In this document: positions 10,396-21,430 of the stretch, piece by piece | How positions within the stretch are numbered: position 1 is the first letter of the stretch | Layout: the number at the start of each line of letters is the position of its first letter | Origin: Eledone cirrhosa | Taxonomy: Eukaryota | DNA: 64,000 bases | Reading direction: 5' to 3' | NCBI GenBank assembly: GCA_964016885.1 | Contig: OZ024741.1 | Location: 31,868,001-31,932,000 of the forward strand | Translations under genes and position numbers: made by a program | The notes under the pieces: generated by a model | Seen by the model: only the letters and a program-made list of their open reading frames with translations | Databases searched by the model: none | What the model was told of the DNA's origin: nothing

Positions 10396-10942
10396 CTTAG
10401 TTAAGAGAGTGGGACTGGCTTTGTGCAGTGCCTTTGCTCACTATAGAAGCTTCATGGCACAGGCGTTGCTTTATATTTGGAGATCTCTCTGCACTTGTCG
10501 TCACGTGGTACAATGGGCCCAGCACTATGTGTCAATAATTGTCACAAGTGTAGTGTTTGTACCAGAGTTTTCAAGTCGCTGGCTGGACGAAAAGTAGTGG
10601 CCGTACTCGAAAACGAGTTGGCAGCCACCATATATATATATATATATATATAAAGATAACGAAGGAAATGTGGTAAGGAACCAGGTGGACCACAACGCAC
10701 CAAAGTACTCAATACTCAGGGTAGTAGTGTGGGTAATAGGAACGAGTAGGACCTCGACGGCTGTATATATACAATAATGAGAAATACACAGATACATGCG
10801 AATACATACATATACATTCATATACACACATATATCTCTCACAAGTATGTGAAATTGTGTGGTGCCAACCTTAACCGTTGTTGCTCTATGATTAAGAAGG
10901 ACGAAATAATCCGAATGAATTAAATTGACTCTATATCAGAGC

Positions 10943-11436
10943 TACATAATACATTATAAAGAAAGAAGAAACATTAGACATAAATAAATAAATAAATACC
11001 TATTATTTCTCCACATTCTCGACTGTACAGTTTCGCGGCTACTTTGCAAAAATCCTATATCATAGAGATGTAGTATTCTTGTGAGGTTTGCCAGCTTATC
11101 AAGAGAATACCTCATTTAAAGTTTCAAAACACGTCCGCAACGCGTGAGAGAGAATCCCGTTAAGGCGGAGGGGGAATTTATCACGTGATACAGCAGTCAA
11201 GTGATAAATTCCCCTGCGCCTTCCCGGGATTCTCTCTCACGCGTTGCGGACGTGTTTTGAAACTTTAAATGAGGTATTCTCTTGATAAGCTGGCAAACCT
11301 CACAAGAATACTACATCTCTATCATACAGGATTTTTGCAAAGTAGCCGCGAACTGTACTATCGAGAATGTGGAGAAATAATAGGTATATATTTATTTATG
11401 TCTAATGTTTCTTCTTTCTTTATAATGTATTATGTA
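10943..11436. repeat. Fold-back element: about 240-bp inverted arms (10943-11184 and 11201-11436), PLE pseudo-LTR-like
   Basis: Arms are near-perfect reverse complements around a 16-nt spacer, and each arm contains a hammerhead-like motif. Confidence 0.85.
11015..11108 (-). ncRNA. Type I hammerhead ribozyme, U3-A8 core variant, long stem II
   Basis: Minus strand reads ATTCTC-TTGATAA-GC...GC-GAAA-CTGTACA-GTC-GAGAAT. Stem I ATTCTC/GAGAAT, palindromic stem III ACTGTACAGT, GUC site. Confidence 0.65.
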
Positions 11437-11442
11437 TATATA

Positions 11443-11748
11443 TGGAGGCACATGGCTTAGTGGTTAGAGCATTGGCCCTGCAATCGAAAGGTTGTGAGTT
11501 CAATTCTCAGACCGGGTGATGTGTTGTTTCCTTGAGCAAGACACTTTATTTCACATTGCACCAGTTTACTCAGCTGTAGAAATGAGATGATAGGGACTGC
11601 AAAAAAGCATCCAGCACTCACTGTAAATGAGGTTGGTGTTAGCCAGGGCATCCAGCTGTAGAAATCAAGCCAGAATCAGTTCCCGTCCCACCCTTACAAG
11701 CAGGGAAAAAGCGAACGTAAAATGATGATGATGATGATGATAATGATG
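11443..11748 (+). mobile_element. tRNA-derived SINE, family B, with CORE/V-like central segment and (GAT)n tail
   Basis: A box tggcttagtggttagagc, B box gagttcaattctc, central ccttgagcaagacactt, simple-repeat tail. Confidence 0.75.
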
Positions 11749-11863
11749 GCATATATATATATATATAAGATGTCAACATGAATGGGCCTGTTATTTTTAT
11801 CTAAATATATTTTTTCTAATTCCAACCCACCCGTCCCTTCAATCTATCTCATTTCTCATTCTT

Positions 11864-11899
11864 TCTTCTGATGAAGGACTAGCGTCCGAAACTTTAAGA
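11864..11899 (+). ncRNA. Minimal type I hammerhead motif, probably decayed
   Basis: TCTT-CTGATGA-A-GGAC(tagc)GTCC-GAAAC-TTT-AAGA. Stems I and II are intact; stem III lacks the expected G. Confidence 0.55.
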
Positions 11900-11978
11900 C
11901 CCTTTTGTTGCCATATCAAGTGTTTAACTAATATATTCCTTCCATATACTGTACCGATTGTGTTGTTACTTCTGTTTA

Positions 11979-12017
<39 letters not shown>

Positions 12018-14748
12018 GGGGGGGGGGGGGCTGTACGTGCGTGTCTGCGTGTGTCTCTGTGTGTGCGTGCGCATGCGCGTGTGTATGTTTGTGTATACGT
12101 ATCTTACATATCCAAACTGCTCCAAATAAATACATATAATTGGAACGTGGGTTTGCTAATGAATCTATATTTAGAAACACTTGTAAATTCAAATAATACA
12201 GAGTTATTTGGACACCACTTTATGATACAACGAGAAGACATGATACTGAAACTAACTTTACTCTACGAAACATTAGACTTATGATATTTTATAGGTGAAA
12301 GCAATTTCTTTTTGTTTTGAACACTTTATACCAACAAATAGCTGCTGAAGCCCTTTACTGATTGCAGAGGATCCTACTGTTTCAAAAACATGACACGTCA
12401 GGAGTGGAAGTTTCTGTCGGTGATATATATTTGACGCAATAACAGTTTATCCTCGGATCTCGAATAATCGACCCCCTCACCCGCGTATTAATTTTTCAGA
12501 TGTTTTCCACCACTCCTCTTCATAAATTTTACCAATCTATCTTCGTCGAATTGTTTTTTAAGTGGTAGCATTCCTGCGACAATTTATTTTCTTTAGACAT
12601 TAAAAAAATATTATACATGACAAAAAAGGTCATTGCTAGAAATTTCATATGTTATAAAATAAATAGGATGGGTTGGGTTGTCAATATGTAAACTAAACGA
12701 CTAATTTTGAATTTCTAAAAACATCAAGGAGACAACCTAGGAAAAATACCGATTTTCCACCGACTCCGCGCTTATTCCACCCGTGCTTATTCCAATTTAC
12801 CCGTTTATTCCAATCCCACTGATTGTACCACCCCTCTAGTTTTTTGGACCCGTGAGTACATGAAACACCGGTGCTGTTATATTCAATATTTCCACACTAG
12901 TGTCTCTTTGTGAAGGAAAAGTGACAAATATATCTAAAGTTGGTGGATAAATCAATAGCAGCAGTTAGAAATATTTTATTGTGGAACTAATCCACGGCAG
13001 CTTGTTTACTTGAGAACTTTTCCTTGAGATGTAAATATATATTAGTTATTGAATACGTGATCGAATACAGAATCATAACATATTCTCTCAATAAATCCAC
13101 CATCTGGCAGAATACTGTATATGGAGATGTTTCTACCCCATTTTTCTTAGTTTTTTTTTCATATTTTAGTGCCCTTAGCTTCTATTTTCTACTCTCTGAT
13201 ATATATTTGGTCAAATATGTTCTTCCTGTCTTTATTTCATTTTAATGTTAATCATATTATAGTAATCAATCTACCGTACTTAATAGTAATACTTTATGAT
13301 TTATTATATATCAGTCCATTCCATCACTGTTGGTGAGAGAGTAGAGAAGCTATATATATCAATGTCGACATCAGGAAGATTAGCTTCAAATTCACTTCCT
13401 AGGTAACTGGGCTCCTTCTTTATTGCCTCTATTCACTTCACTTTCATTTTTTATTAAAATTGAAGTCATAATATCTCACTAGGATGAATAATGCAATCTA
13501 CTATATACAAATATGGCTGACATTCAATTCATTATATTTTCTGTAAATATTAATGTGATCTCTATGGTATTTCTTTCTAGTTTTCGACTTTCTATCTCTA
13601 TGTCCTTTGTTAACGGTTTCACCACAACTAAAACTACTTGAAACCTGCTTCGGATATTTTTCAATTTGTTCAGGGAAGAAGGACAATCACTTAAGATTCG
13701 TTGTGGTATTACTTAATAGTAGTACCTTATTTTATATCAGGCCTTTCCATCACTGTTTGTATGAGAGTAGAGACACTATAAATTATCTGTCGACAAAGCT
13801 TCCCAGGTTGTTATGAAGACGGAAATGAGGACGTTATCCTCAAACTGGAGAATTGGCTTGAGTGTTTGCTACTGAATAAATTTAACTAACCGTACCCAAG
13901 TGATATATGGTGTTTCTAAAGCGACCAATGGATACATCTCCCACACAACGCCAAAACCGGACTATATGCCAAGTCATGTCAACTGGCGGTCTCAAATTCT
14001 TGTCAATCCCCTGCATCTAATAAAAGGACACATTCACCATTGATCACATTGGTTTAAATATAACATAGGTGGTGTAAAATGTCGGGCTTAGACGTTTAGT
14101 GTATATCTGTCTCGGTATATAGAACCATTTGTTGTGAGTATTATTCAGAAAAGGGCGTACTAATTTGGATATAATTAGCGCTCCTGTTAGTAGGTAATTA
14201 AGATATATAATAAGATATATACATACATATTTGCGTGTGTACGTGTTCTCGTGTATGTGTGCGTTCTCGTGAATGTTTGTGTCTTATTTGTGTGTTTATG
14301 TCTCTGTGTGTATCTGAATGTGTGTTTGTATGTGGGTGAGAGAGAGAAAAAGAGAGAATGTGTGTGTGTGTGAGTGTGTATAATATGGGAAGTTTGCGGC
14401 TGGAATACTTCGAACCCTAATTCTCATTGATCAGGGTTGACCTGCAGCTAAACAGCAACAACAGCAACAGCATCAACCGAGCTAGAACGGTCCATATTAT
14501 CTGAGTTATTGTCTAAAACTTACGTAGTATTTTGATTTGAATTTCACTTATATCTTCTGTGTTTAGAATTCCCATATTTAGCTTCTTCATTAGTCTTGTT
14601 TACAACATTGTTGAAGTCATACATGGTTTTAGGGAGTACTCTAAGTAGCGGATGTACTTGCTTGCAGATAATTTTACATTTTTCATATAAAATAATGTAT
14701 ATTTTTTCGACACTATGTGTAAAAATAGTTTGAAAATGCCTTGAAGTA

Positions 14749-14966
14749 TACAAAGGTCGGGTGAAAAGATCATAGACTAAAATGTTCATTGAATGATTAA
14801 GATACTCTCAAGGAATGATCAAATGGGGTTTATTTTTCTACATAGCACCTGGAAAGCTACAATGCAGCGATTGGTAAGAAGAGTTGAAATTAATGCCAGC
14901 AAGATTTAAGAAATTTAGTATCAAACCTTCATTGTCAACCTATGAACGTTTGAACCGATCCTCGTA
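14749..14966. mobile_element. Old Tc1/mariner-type MITE
   Basis: TA-bounded imperfect terminal inverted repeats: TACAAAGGTCGGGTGAAAAGATCATAG versus the reverse complement of the right end, TACGAGGATCGGTTCAAACGTTCATAG. Confidence 0.55.
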
Positions 14967-14989
14967 TATTCTGAAAGTTTACATTGTGC

Positions 14990-15950
14990 GTTCAATCCCC
15001 GCCTGAATAACATGTCCCCCTTCCCCTTCCATGGTCAACAACATAATCTCCTAGTAATGTTTCCTCTCCCTCAAAATTAATGGCAATGTGCGTAAAGTAG
15101 AAATCATTATTATTACGATGATGATGATAAAGATGTACAGAGCCGACATAAGCATATATGGAGGTCGCCACCGTGGCGGTATCGGACACAACAGAAATCG
15201 AGATGTTTGGCACATTCTTGAAGTAGTAAGAAATGTCGCAATGATTGACACATATAAATCGGTGGAGAGGCGAGTCTATGTCGTTGAACAGCGTCACTGG
15301 ACAGAAATACTGGTTAAGTTGCATGGTGTTTGGTTTGGTCCGGACATCAAGGTAGATGGGGAGGTAGATAGGCAGTAGAGAGAGGTAATATACACGGAGG
15401 ACCTTTGGCCCGAGATGTATGGATAATTTCCAGAGATACCTGACCTAGCAGTATTATGGAGGCGGGGGAGGGGGCTCTGCTGAATTAAGAAAACATTGTA
15501 CAGGCGTGAAAATGCTGACAGGTGTGTCAGATATGCGAGTAGATGAAACCATTAGGTTTTCACTCATCCAATGACTGTGCCTCGTGGAAGTTGTTATGTT
15601 ACCTTATATTGGCCAGAAAAGGCAGGTACCTCTCCTGTTTGGTAGCTATGACTAAACGAGCTGTGTGGGGGACAAGACTGAAAGTACTGAAGACAAATAT
15701 ATTCATCTTTGGCTAAGCCGACATCGGTTCTTTTAATTTCTACTTGGAAAAGAAAGTGATGGTGGAGAGGGTCTCACAGTAACTTTGTAAAAATGTGCCT
15801 GAATGGAGAAGGAATGCTGCACGTGAATGGGTCCACTCTAAGCAAGCATACACCTGTATACTGGAGAGAAGAGAGAGGAGACAGGGACTTGCCTCTGGTG
15901 CTTTTCGTGATCTGGGTGATCGTAGAACTCTTAGGATCCTAAATTACTCT
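14990..15950 (-). pseudogene. Heavily decayed LINE endonuclease fragment, possibly Tx1-related
   Basis: Minus-strand peptides TRISDT and LLGDY resemble ETRISDT and LIGDW of the Tx1 ORF2; many stops. Confidence 0.35.
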
Positions 15951-16125
15951 TGGTTCGTGCTCGACTCTGTTTGAGAACTCTGTTGTTACATACATTTGTT
16001 ATTTTCTACTTGTCTTTTGTTCTTCTTTGATAAAACGTCCTTAAATAAATCCCAACTTCTCCAGTTTATTGTATTTCCTAAAGGTGTTCAACAAAGAAAT
16101 TATTTTTATTATTTTGCATATCATT

Positions 16126-16555
16126 AGGGCAGCGGATTGGCAGTATCGATAGGGCGACGGACAACATACTTTACAGCAGAGAGTTACGGCCCTTTATGAT
16201 CTGAGTTCAAATCTCATCTAGGTTAACTTTGCCTTTCATCCTTAAGGGGTCGATACAATAAAGTACCAGTAACGTACTGGGGTCCATTTAATCGACTTTC
16301 GCCTTCTCGAAAATTGTTGGCATTGTGCCTATATAAGAAACCATTAATTTACATATCATAGGGTTGTGGATATCATACGACGGAGGTATAGAGTTACGGC
16401 CATATATGTTCTGAGTTTAAATCCCGCTGAGGCTTGCTTTCCCTTTAATCGTTACAGGGTCGATAAAATAAAGTACCAGTAACGTACTGCGGTCGATTTA
16501 ATCGACTCTTCCCTCCCTCCAAATCGTTGGCCTTGTGCTTAAATCAGACACAATT
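16126..16555 (+). mobile_element. Two tandem SINE family A copies (about 16126-16346 and 16360-16555)
   Basis: Both carry ctgagtt(c/t)aaatc...gggtcgata(a/c)aataaagtaccagtaacgtactg. Confidence 0.8.
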
Positions 16556-17123
16556 ACCCTCAGCTCATCAACAACACAAACAACATCGCTGTCTTCATCA
16601 TCGACACTAGCACCACCATGATGATCATCATCATTATATTCATCCTTTTTAAACACGTGTATCATAAATATGTTTCAGGTTGTTTGTTTTATAAACAAAA
16701 CAAACATAACGCATGCGGGACAATTTATACTAGAGCATTATAAATGTGTGTTGTCAGTTAACAATATTTAACCGGCGCCATAATAGAACTAACATCGTTC
16801 TTCTTCCAATAATTGTTCGTCTCCAGAGCTGTTATTTTTTAAGGGAGTTTCTTTCTATAGCAAAATATTTTTGTCTGTATATATCCGGCAATTGTTGGAC
16901 TTTCCTCATTCATAAATATTAAACTGTGCAGAAAAATAAGCAAACAAAGGCAAATCAAACAGATATACAAGTCAATAACTGCAATTAGGACATATTACAA
17001 TACACAACAATACACAATGTTGCATTCTTATAATTTATAAAATAATGTTTTGAAATTGTAAGCCTTGTCAATGCTGTTGCGTTATTTTTGTTGTTGTTGC
17101 TGTTGCATTATTTTTGTTGTTGC

Positions 17124-17159
<36 letters not shown>

Positions 17160-17350
17160 TGTTACTAGGGTTACTATGTTTTTTTTTTTCACAATTTACT
17201 TTCGTATGTTGCCTGTCGATTATTATAATTTAGTTGCTATTGTTTAGAGTCAATAAAAATATCCATTAAAAGAGTAGTAGACTAGAAGTAGTATTTGTAA
17301 CAAATACGATATTATGAATTATTATCCTCCTCCTCCTCCTCCTCCTACCC

Positions 17351-17500
17351 CTCTGAGTTCAAATCCCACCGAGATTAGATTTGCCTTTCATCCATACGGG
17401 GTCGATAAAATCAAGTACCAGTTACGTACTGGAGTTGATTTAATCGATTTTTCCATTTGCTTCAAATTACTGGCCTTGTGCCAAATGTGGAAACAATTAT
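17351..17500 (+). mobile_element. 5'-truncated SINE family A
   Basis: ctgagttcaaatcccaccgag...gggtcgataaaatcaagtaccag. Confidence 0.75.
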
Positions 17501-17716
17501 TTCACATCGTCACATTATATATATATATAATGTATATTTCTATACACACCCACAAACATGTATATATATATATATTGTATATATATATATTAAATAATAT
17601 GATTCCAGTTCCTCGGAGGACTAGCAACACACCAATGAGCTGGACATATCGATGAATTGACAGAGTGGAACACATTTCAACAACATGTTTACCTGTTTTT
17701 TCTACGTTAATTCGTA

Positions 17717-17769
17717 CTGCCTGATGAGGTCACAGCCAATAATAGCTGTCACTGAAATATATATAGCAG
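17717..17769 (+). ncRNA. Type I hammerhead ribozyme
   Basis: CTGC-CTGATGA-GGTcACAGC(caataata)GCTGTcACT-GAAA-TATATATA-GCAG. Canonical core, stems I and II, AUA cleavage triplet. Confidence 0.8.
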
Positions 17770-17916
17770 AGAATTTATAATAAACGAAGCCAAATTTCAC
17801 ATGTTTGGACTTACCCATGTTACATTACTCCGGTGTAAACCAACCAATCTGCGTACTTCGTGGAGTGCTCCAACCTGCATACTGACTGAGGTGTCGGTAA
17901 ACAATCAACACATACT

Positions 17917-17920
<4 letters not shown>

Positions 17921-18003
<83 letters not shown>
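17921..18003. repeat. (AT)n microsatellite
   Basis: About 40 perfect AT units. Confidence 0.97.
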
Positions 18004-18007
<4 letters not shown>

Positions 18008-18048
18008 CGAAACATAAGTCAATTGCATGAACTCATAATCCTTTATTT

Positions 18049-18104
18049 ACTGCCATATATATTTCGATGATAGCCTTTGAATGGCTATGACCTCATCAGG
18101 CAGT
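18049..18104 (-). ncRNA. Type I hammerhead motif related to the 17717 copy; cleavage triplet AUG, so likely inactive
   Basis: Minus strand reads ACTGC-CTGATGA-GGTcATAGCC(attcaaa)GGCTATcATC-GAAA-TATATATG-GCAGT. Confidence 0.7.
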
Positions 18105-18190
18105 TAGTCAGTTCTTAGATATGCCAGCTCTATGTTTATAGTGTTGATGGTATCAGAGCCTTCGGACATATGAGGTTGTTAGGAATAATT

Positions 18191-18249
<59 letters not shown>

Positions 18250-18252
<3 letters not shown>

Positions 18253-21200
18253 AAAATAACAGATTAAAGTTTAAGCAAAGAATCGCTGCTTTCACCCTTA
18301 ACGGGATCTTCTGAAACTAACAAAGTCAATCTGTAAACGCAGAAGTGGATATTTCAAAAAACGTTGCAACCGGAGGAGTGGAAACGTTCGCTGGCAAAGA
18401 ACGGGAAAAAACGAATAAGATACGTCATAAATAGGAGCGGTGAAAAACAATTACGCGCAAAGACAGAACCACGATTATGGTATAAAAGAAGTCGTAGACT
18501 AATGTTCCCTTAGGTGGTTCATAGAGACGTTCTCTGGCAATGAACGAAATAAACGAAGATAATGCGTCATATGTGGAGCGTGGAGAACAATAGCACGCAA
18601 AGAGAAAACCACGTAAATGGTATAGCTGAAGTCGTAGACTAAAATTCTAACTAGGAGACCGAATGAATCGCCGCTTCAGAGTTAAGAACAAAGTAAATAA
18701 ATACAGAAGTAATAGAAATAAATAAATACATACACGCAAACAAATACGTACATAGACAAGCATACGCAAAACACTTACCATAGGTATACAAAACCACGCA
18801 CATAAAAATATGTGTGTGTATGCGTGTATACAAATAAATAAATAATTAAATAAACGTATATAAATAAATAAATACGTATATAACAAGCACACACACATAC
18901 CTACATGTAAATACACGAATGTTCGGAGACGTATGTCAACCAAAACATGAAGTACACATATACACACACCCTACATACGTACGAACCTGCATACTCACAC
19001 AGACGCAAAACTCCCGTATACACATAGCCAAACCATATGTACCAGAATAAAAAAAATTATACGCCATAACATAAACAATCAAATATACGTACGAGAAGGT
19101 ATACGTACCTTCACGAATCATACGGGTATTATATACTTACCTATGCAAATAAGTAATGGTATAAACAAAACATATACTTAGCTCCCACATCAAGACGTAA
19201 ATATCCACGTATAGATCGTACTATCCGTTAGGCTATAACGTGGGGCTGTAATACAGGAAAGTTTTGTGCAAAATATGTTTACAAGCCAAAATTGCCTCAG
19301 ATTTTTGTTTAAGATGTGGTCTGTAGAGTATTTACAGGGCTTCAGCGGCGCAGAGGTCACATGGTCTTTTATTTCCGTTATACGATCTAGCCGTAGCTAG
19401 GATCTCCCAGTGTAACTTATATTGGGTGTGGTTGTCTTTTAGACTCCAAATATAAGCTGAAAGTGACGTCATATTCCTTCTTAGAGGGTAACGAAAAGAA
19501 TGAGTATGCGTGTAAAGACGATGCTTGAATCTATTGGCGGTTAACCCTATGTAGGCCCTACGGGACGTAGGTGTTACAACCTTACATTTGTAGACAATGT
19601 TACTAGAGAGGCATTTCCCGGATAGGGGGCAATCAACCCGATTCCTACAATTACAGTTAGTACTAACTACAGGGTTGCACGTGTTCCTACGGCTAGGTAG
19701 TTTAGCTAAATTTGAAGCTGTGATGTTATGTGGAAGGTTAGGAGTCGTAGAGTATGAAATTTTAATAGTATTTCTATTAAAAATGTTACTATATTTATGT
19801 GTAGGGGGAAAATGCCTTGTAATAAGGGAAAGAAAGATCTTAGCTAATGGTGTGGCTACCTCCATATTATATGGTGGGTTATACCAACAAATGCGAAGGG
19901 ATCTATTTCTTCTAGGTCTATGTTCGTACTCTGTATATGCTACCTTATCGACAAATCCACTTCGAGCAAGAGCTTCATTGTAATAAGTGGAATGGTCGTT
20001 GAAAATAGGCTCGTTGGTGGAAAGACGGGAAAGCCTCAACGAAACGTTTCTTACCAGGTTCTTGGTTATGCTGGCAGGATGGTTGGAATGCTTACTTATG
20101 TAATTAAGGGTATCATTCGGCTTTCTATACGGGTAATACAACCCATTCAGTAAATTGAGGGTAACGTCAAGGTAATTAACGACCGAGAGATTGGCCTCAA
20201 CCTGTATAGAGAGATTGAAGCCTTTAAAGAAGGCTGTGAGTTCTTTTCTGAACCTGTCGCAAGCACGAGGTCCGCACTTAGTCATGGTCAAAAGACCATC
20301 GTCACCGTACAAACCACCGCCCGCGTTGGGGAATTCGTCCTTGATAGAGAAAAGAAGGAAAAGGTCGATGAGATCAGTAACCTCCGCAGAATGACTGGCG
20401 CCCATACTCACGTCGAATGGGGTAATATTAGATTTTGTTATCCAAATAGAGTCGTCGAAATTAATCACCGACTTTCGGGCATTGAGGATGACATCAACTT
20501 CGAAATCCTTAACCACTGTGAGTGTTTTAGCGAAATTAATAGCTCTAAGGAAAAGTGGTAAAGTGATGGAGGAGTAGTAATTGTTGATGTCGAATTGGAT
20601 AAAACGGCAATGTTCCTTGTTACATATGCCGTTGAACCAATCAATCACCGCGAAAGAATTGTTCCACAGTGCAAGAGGGGCCAAACTTCTAATTTCAGGT
20701 ATAATTCTATCAAGAATCGTTTTACTAAGTCTACCTAAATCGGACTTCGTAGGGCTAATAAGCCGAATAGAGGGGTTGTTCGAAAAATTGGATTTGTGAT
20801 CCTTCAGGGTAAAGTGGGGAGAAATAGGATCCAGAGGTTCGGTCCGGTCCAGGATGTTGAGATCAGATGTGATTTTAAACCCAGCATCGTTGATTTCATT
20901 GATGACGCACCGATTAGTTTTACGGTAATCCATAGTTACAGCATTATGTAGTAGTTGATGGTAAGTACTGCGCTTTACTTGATATAGGTTGACAGTTTTG
21001 TCGGAATGGACGTGCACGGCATTAGAATCCTTCATAAAATGAATTCTATTCTTCAGGTCTTGCTGGAAGGAATTGCTTCTATTCCAAAACTTGATACTCC
21101 GAATGAGTTCCAAGACATCATTTTCGAAGGGTAGCACTGCTGGGTTACACGGGGGGTTATTATAGGTTTTAAATCCAAATTTATCCTGTTTGTTGTCTGC

Positions 21201-21411
21201 TTTTCGCGGGTTATCGAAATAAAAGGCACGCCAACGTAACCTTTTAATAAACGCGTCTGTTTTCTGTATCAGGAGTTTTAGGTATGTTTTCCTGCTTGGT
21301 ACGGGTATGTTCTTTGTAGAAATATTCAGATGTTGTTTCTGCATGATGAATATAAGTCAGTAGAGTGCTCAATCTTTGGATTTTAGTCTTGAAATTTATT
21401 ATTATTACTAT
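18250..21411 (-). mobile_element. Penelope-like element 1 (Naiad-type), near full-length, bounded by (AT)n tracts
   Basis: RT plus GIY-YIG ORF and about 1 kb of 3' non-coding region containing a duplication of about 145 bp (18380-18640). Boundaries are inferred from the (AT)n tracts. Confidence 0.75.
19233..21344 (-). pseudogene. PLE reverse transcriptase and GIY-YIG endonuclease; one in-frame TAA at 19332-19334
   Basis: NIPVPS..KRLRWRA, FIQFDINNYY, MGASHSAE, LYGDDGL, YLDVTLNL, CNCR....CPLSGKCL, NIVY..AYIG, RPCDLC. The frame continues past the TAA as ILYRPHLKQKSEAILACKH to a TAG ending at 19233. Confidence 0.88.
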
Positions 21412-21430
21412 AAATATATATATATATATA

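Noticed and set aside
11443-11520. tRNA gene
   Set aside because: A and B boxes run into a SINE body and tail; no full cloverleaf.
12445-12860. Possible MITE with terminal inverted repeats
   Set aside because: End similarity is too weak to support by eye.
13300-13810. Duplicated 60-bp segment as host exons
   Set aside because: No sustained ORF; weakly resembles decayed R4/Dong-like RT sequence and cannot be called confidently.
18280-18320. Hammerhead on minus strand (CAGAAGA-TCCC..GGGT-GAAAG)
   Set aside because: Core mutated and no convincing stem I, stem III or NUH site; at best a relic.
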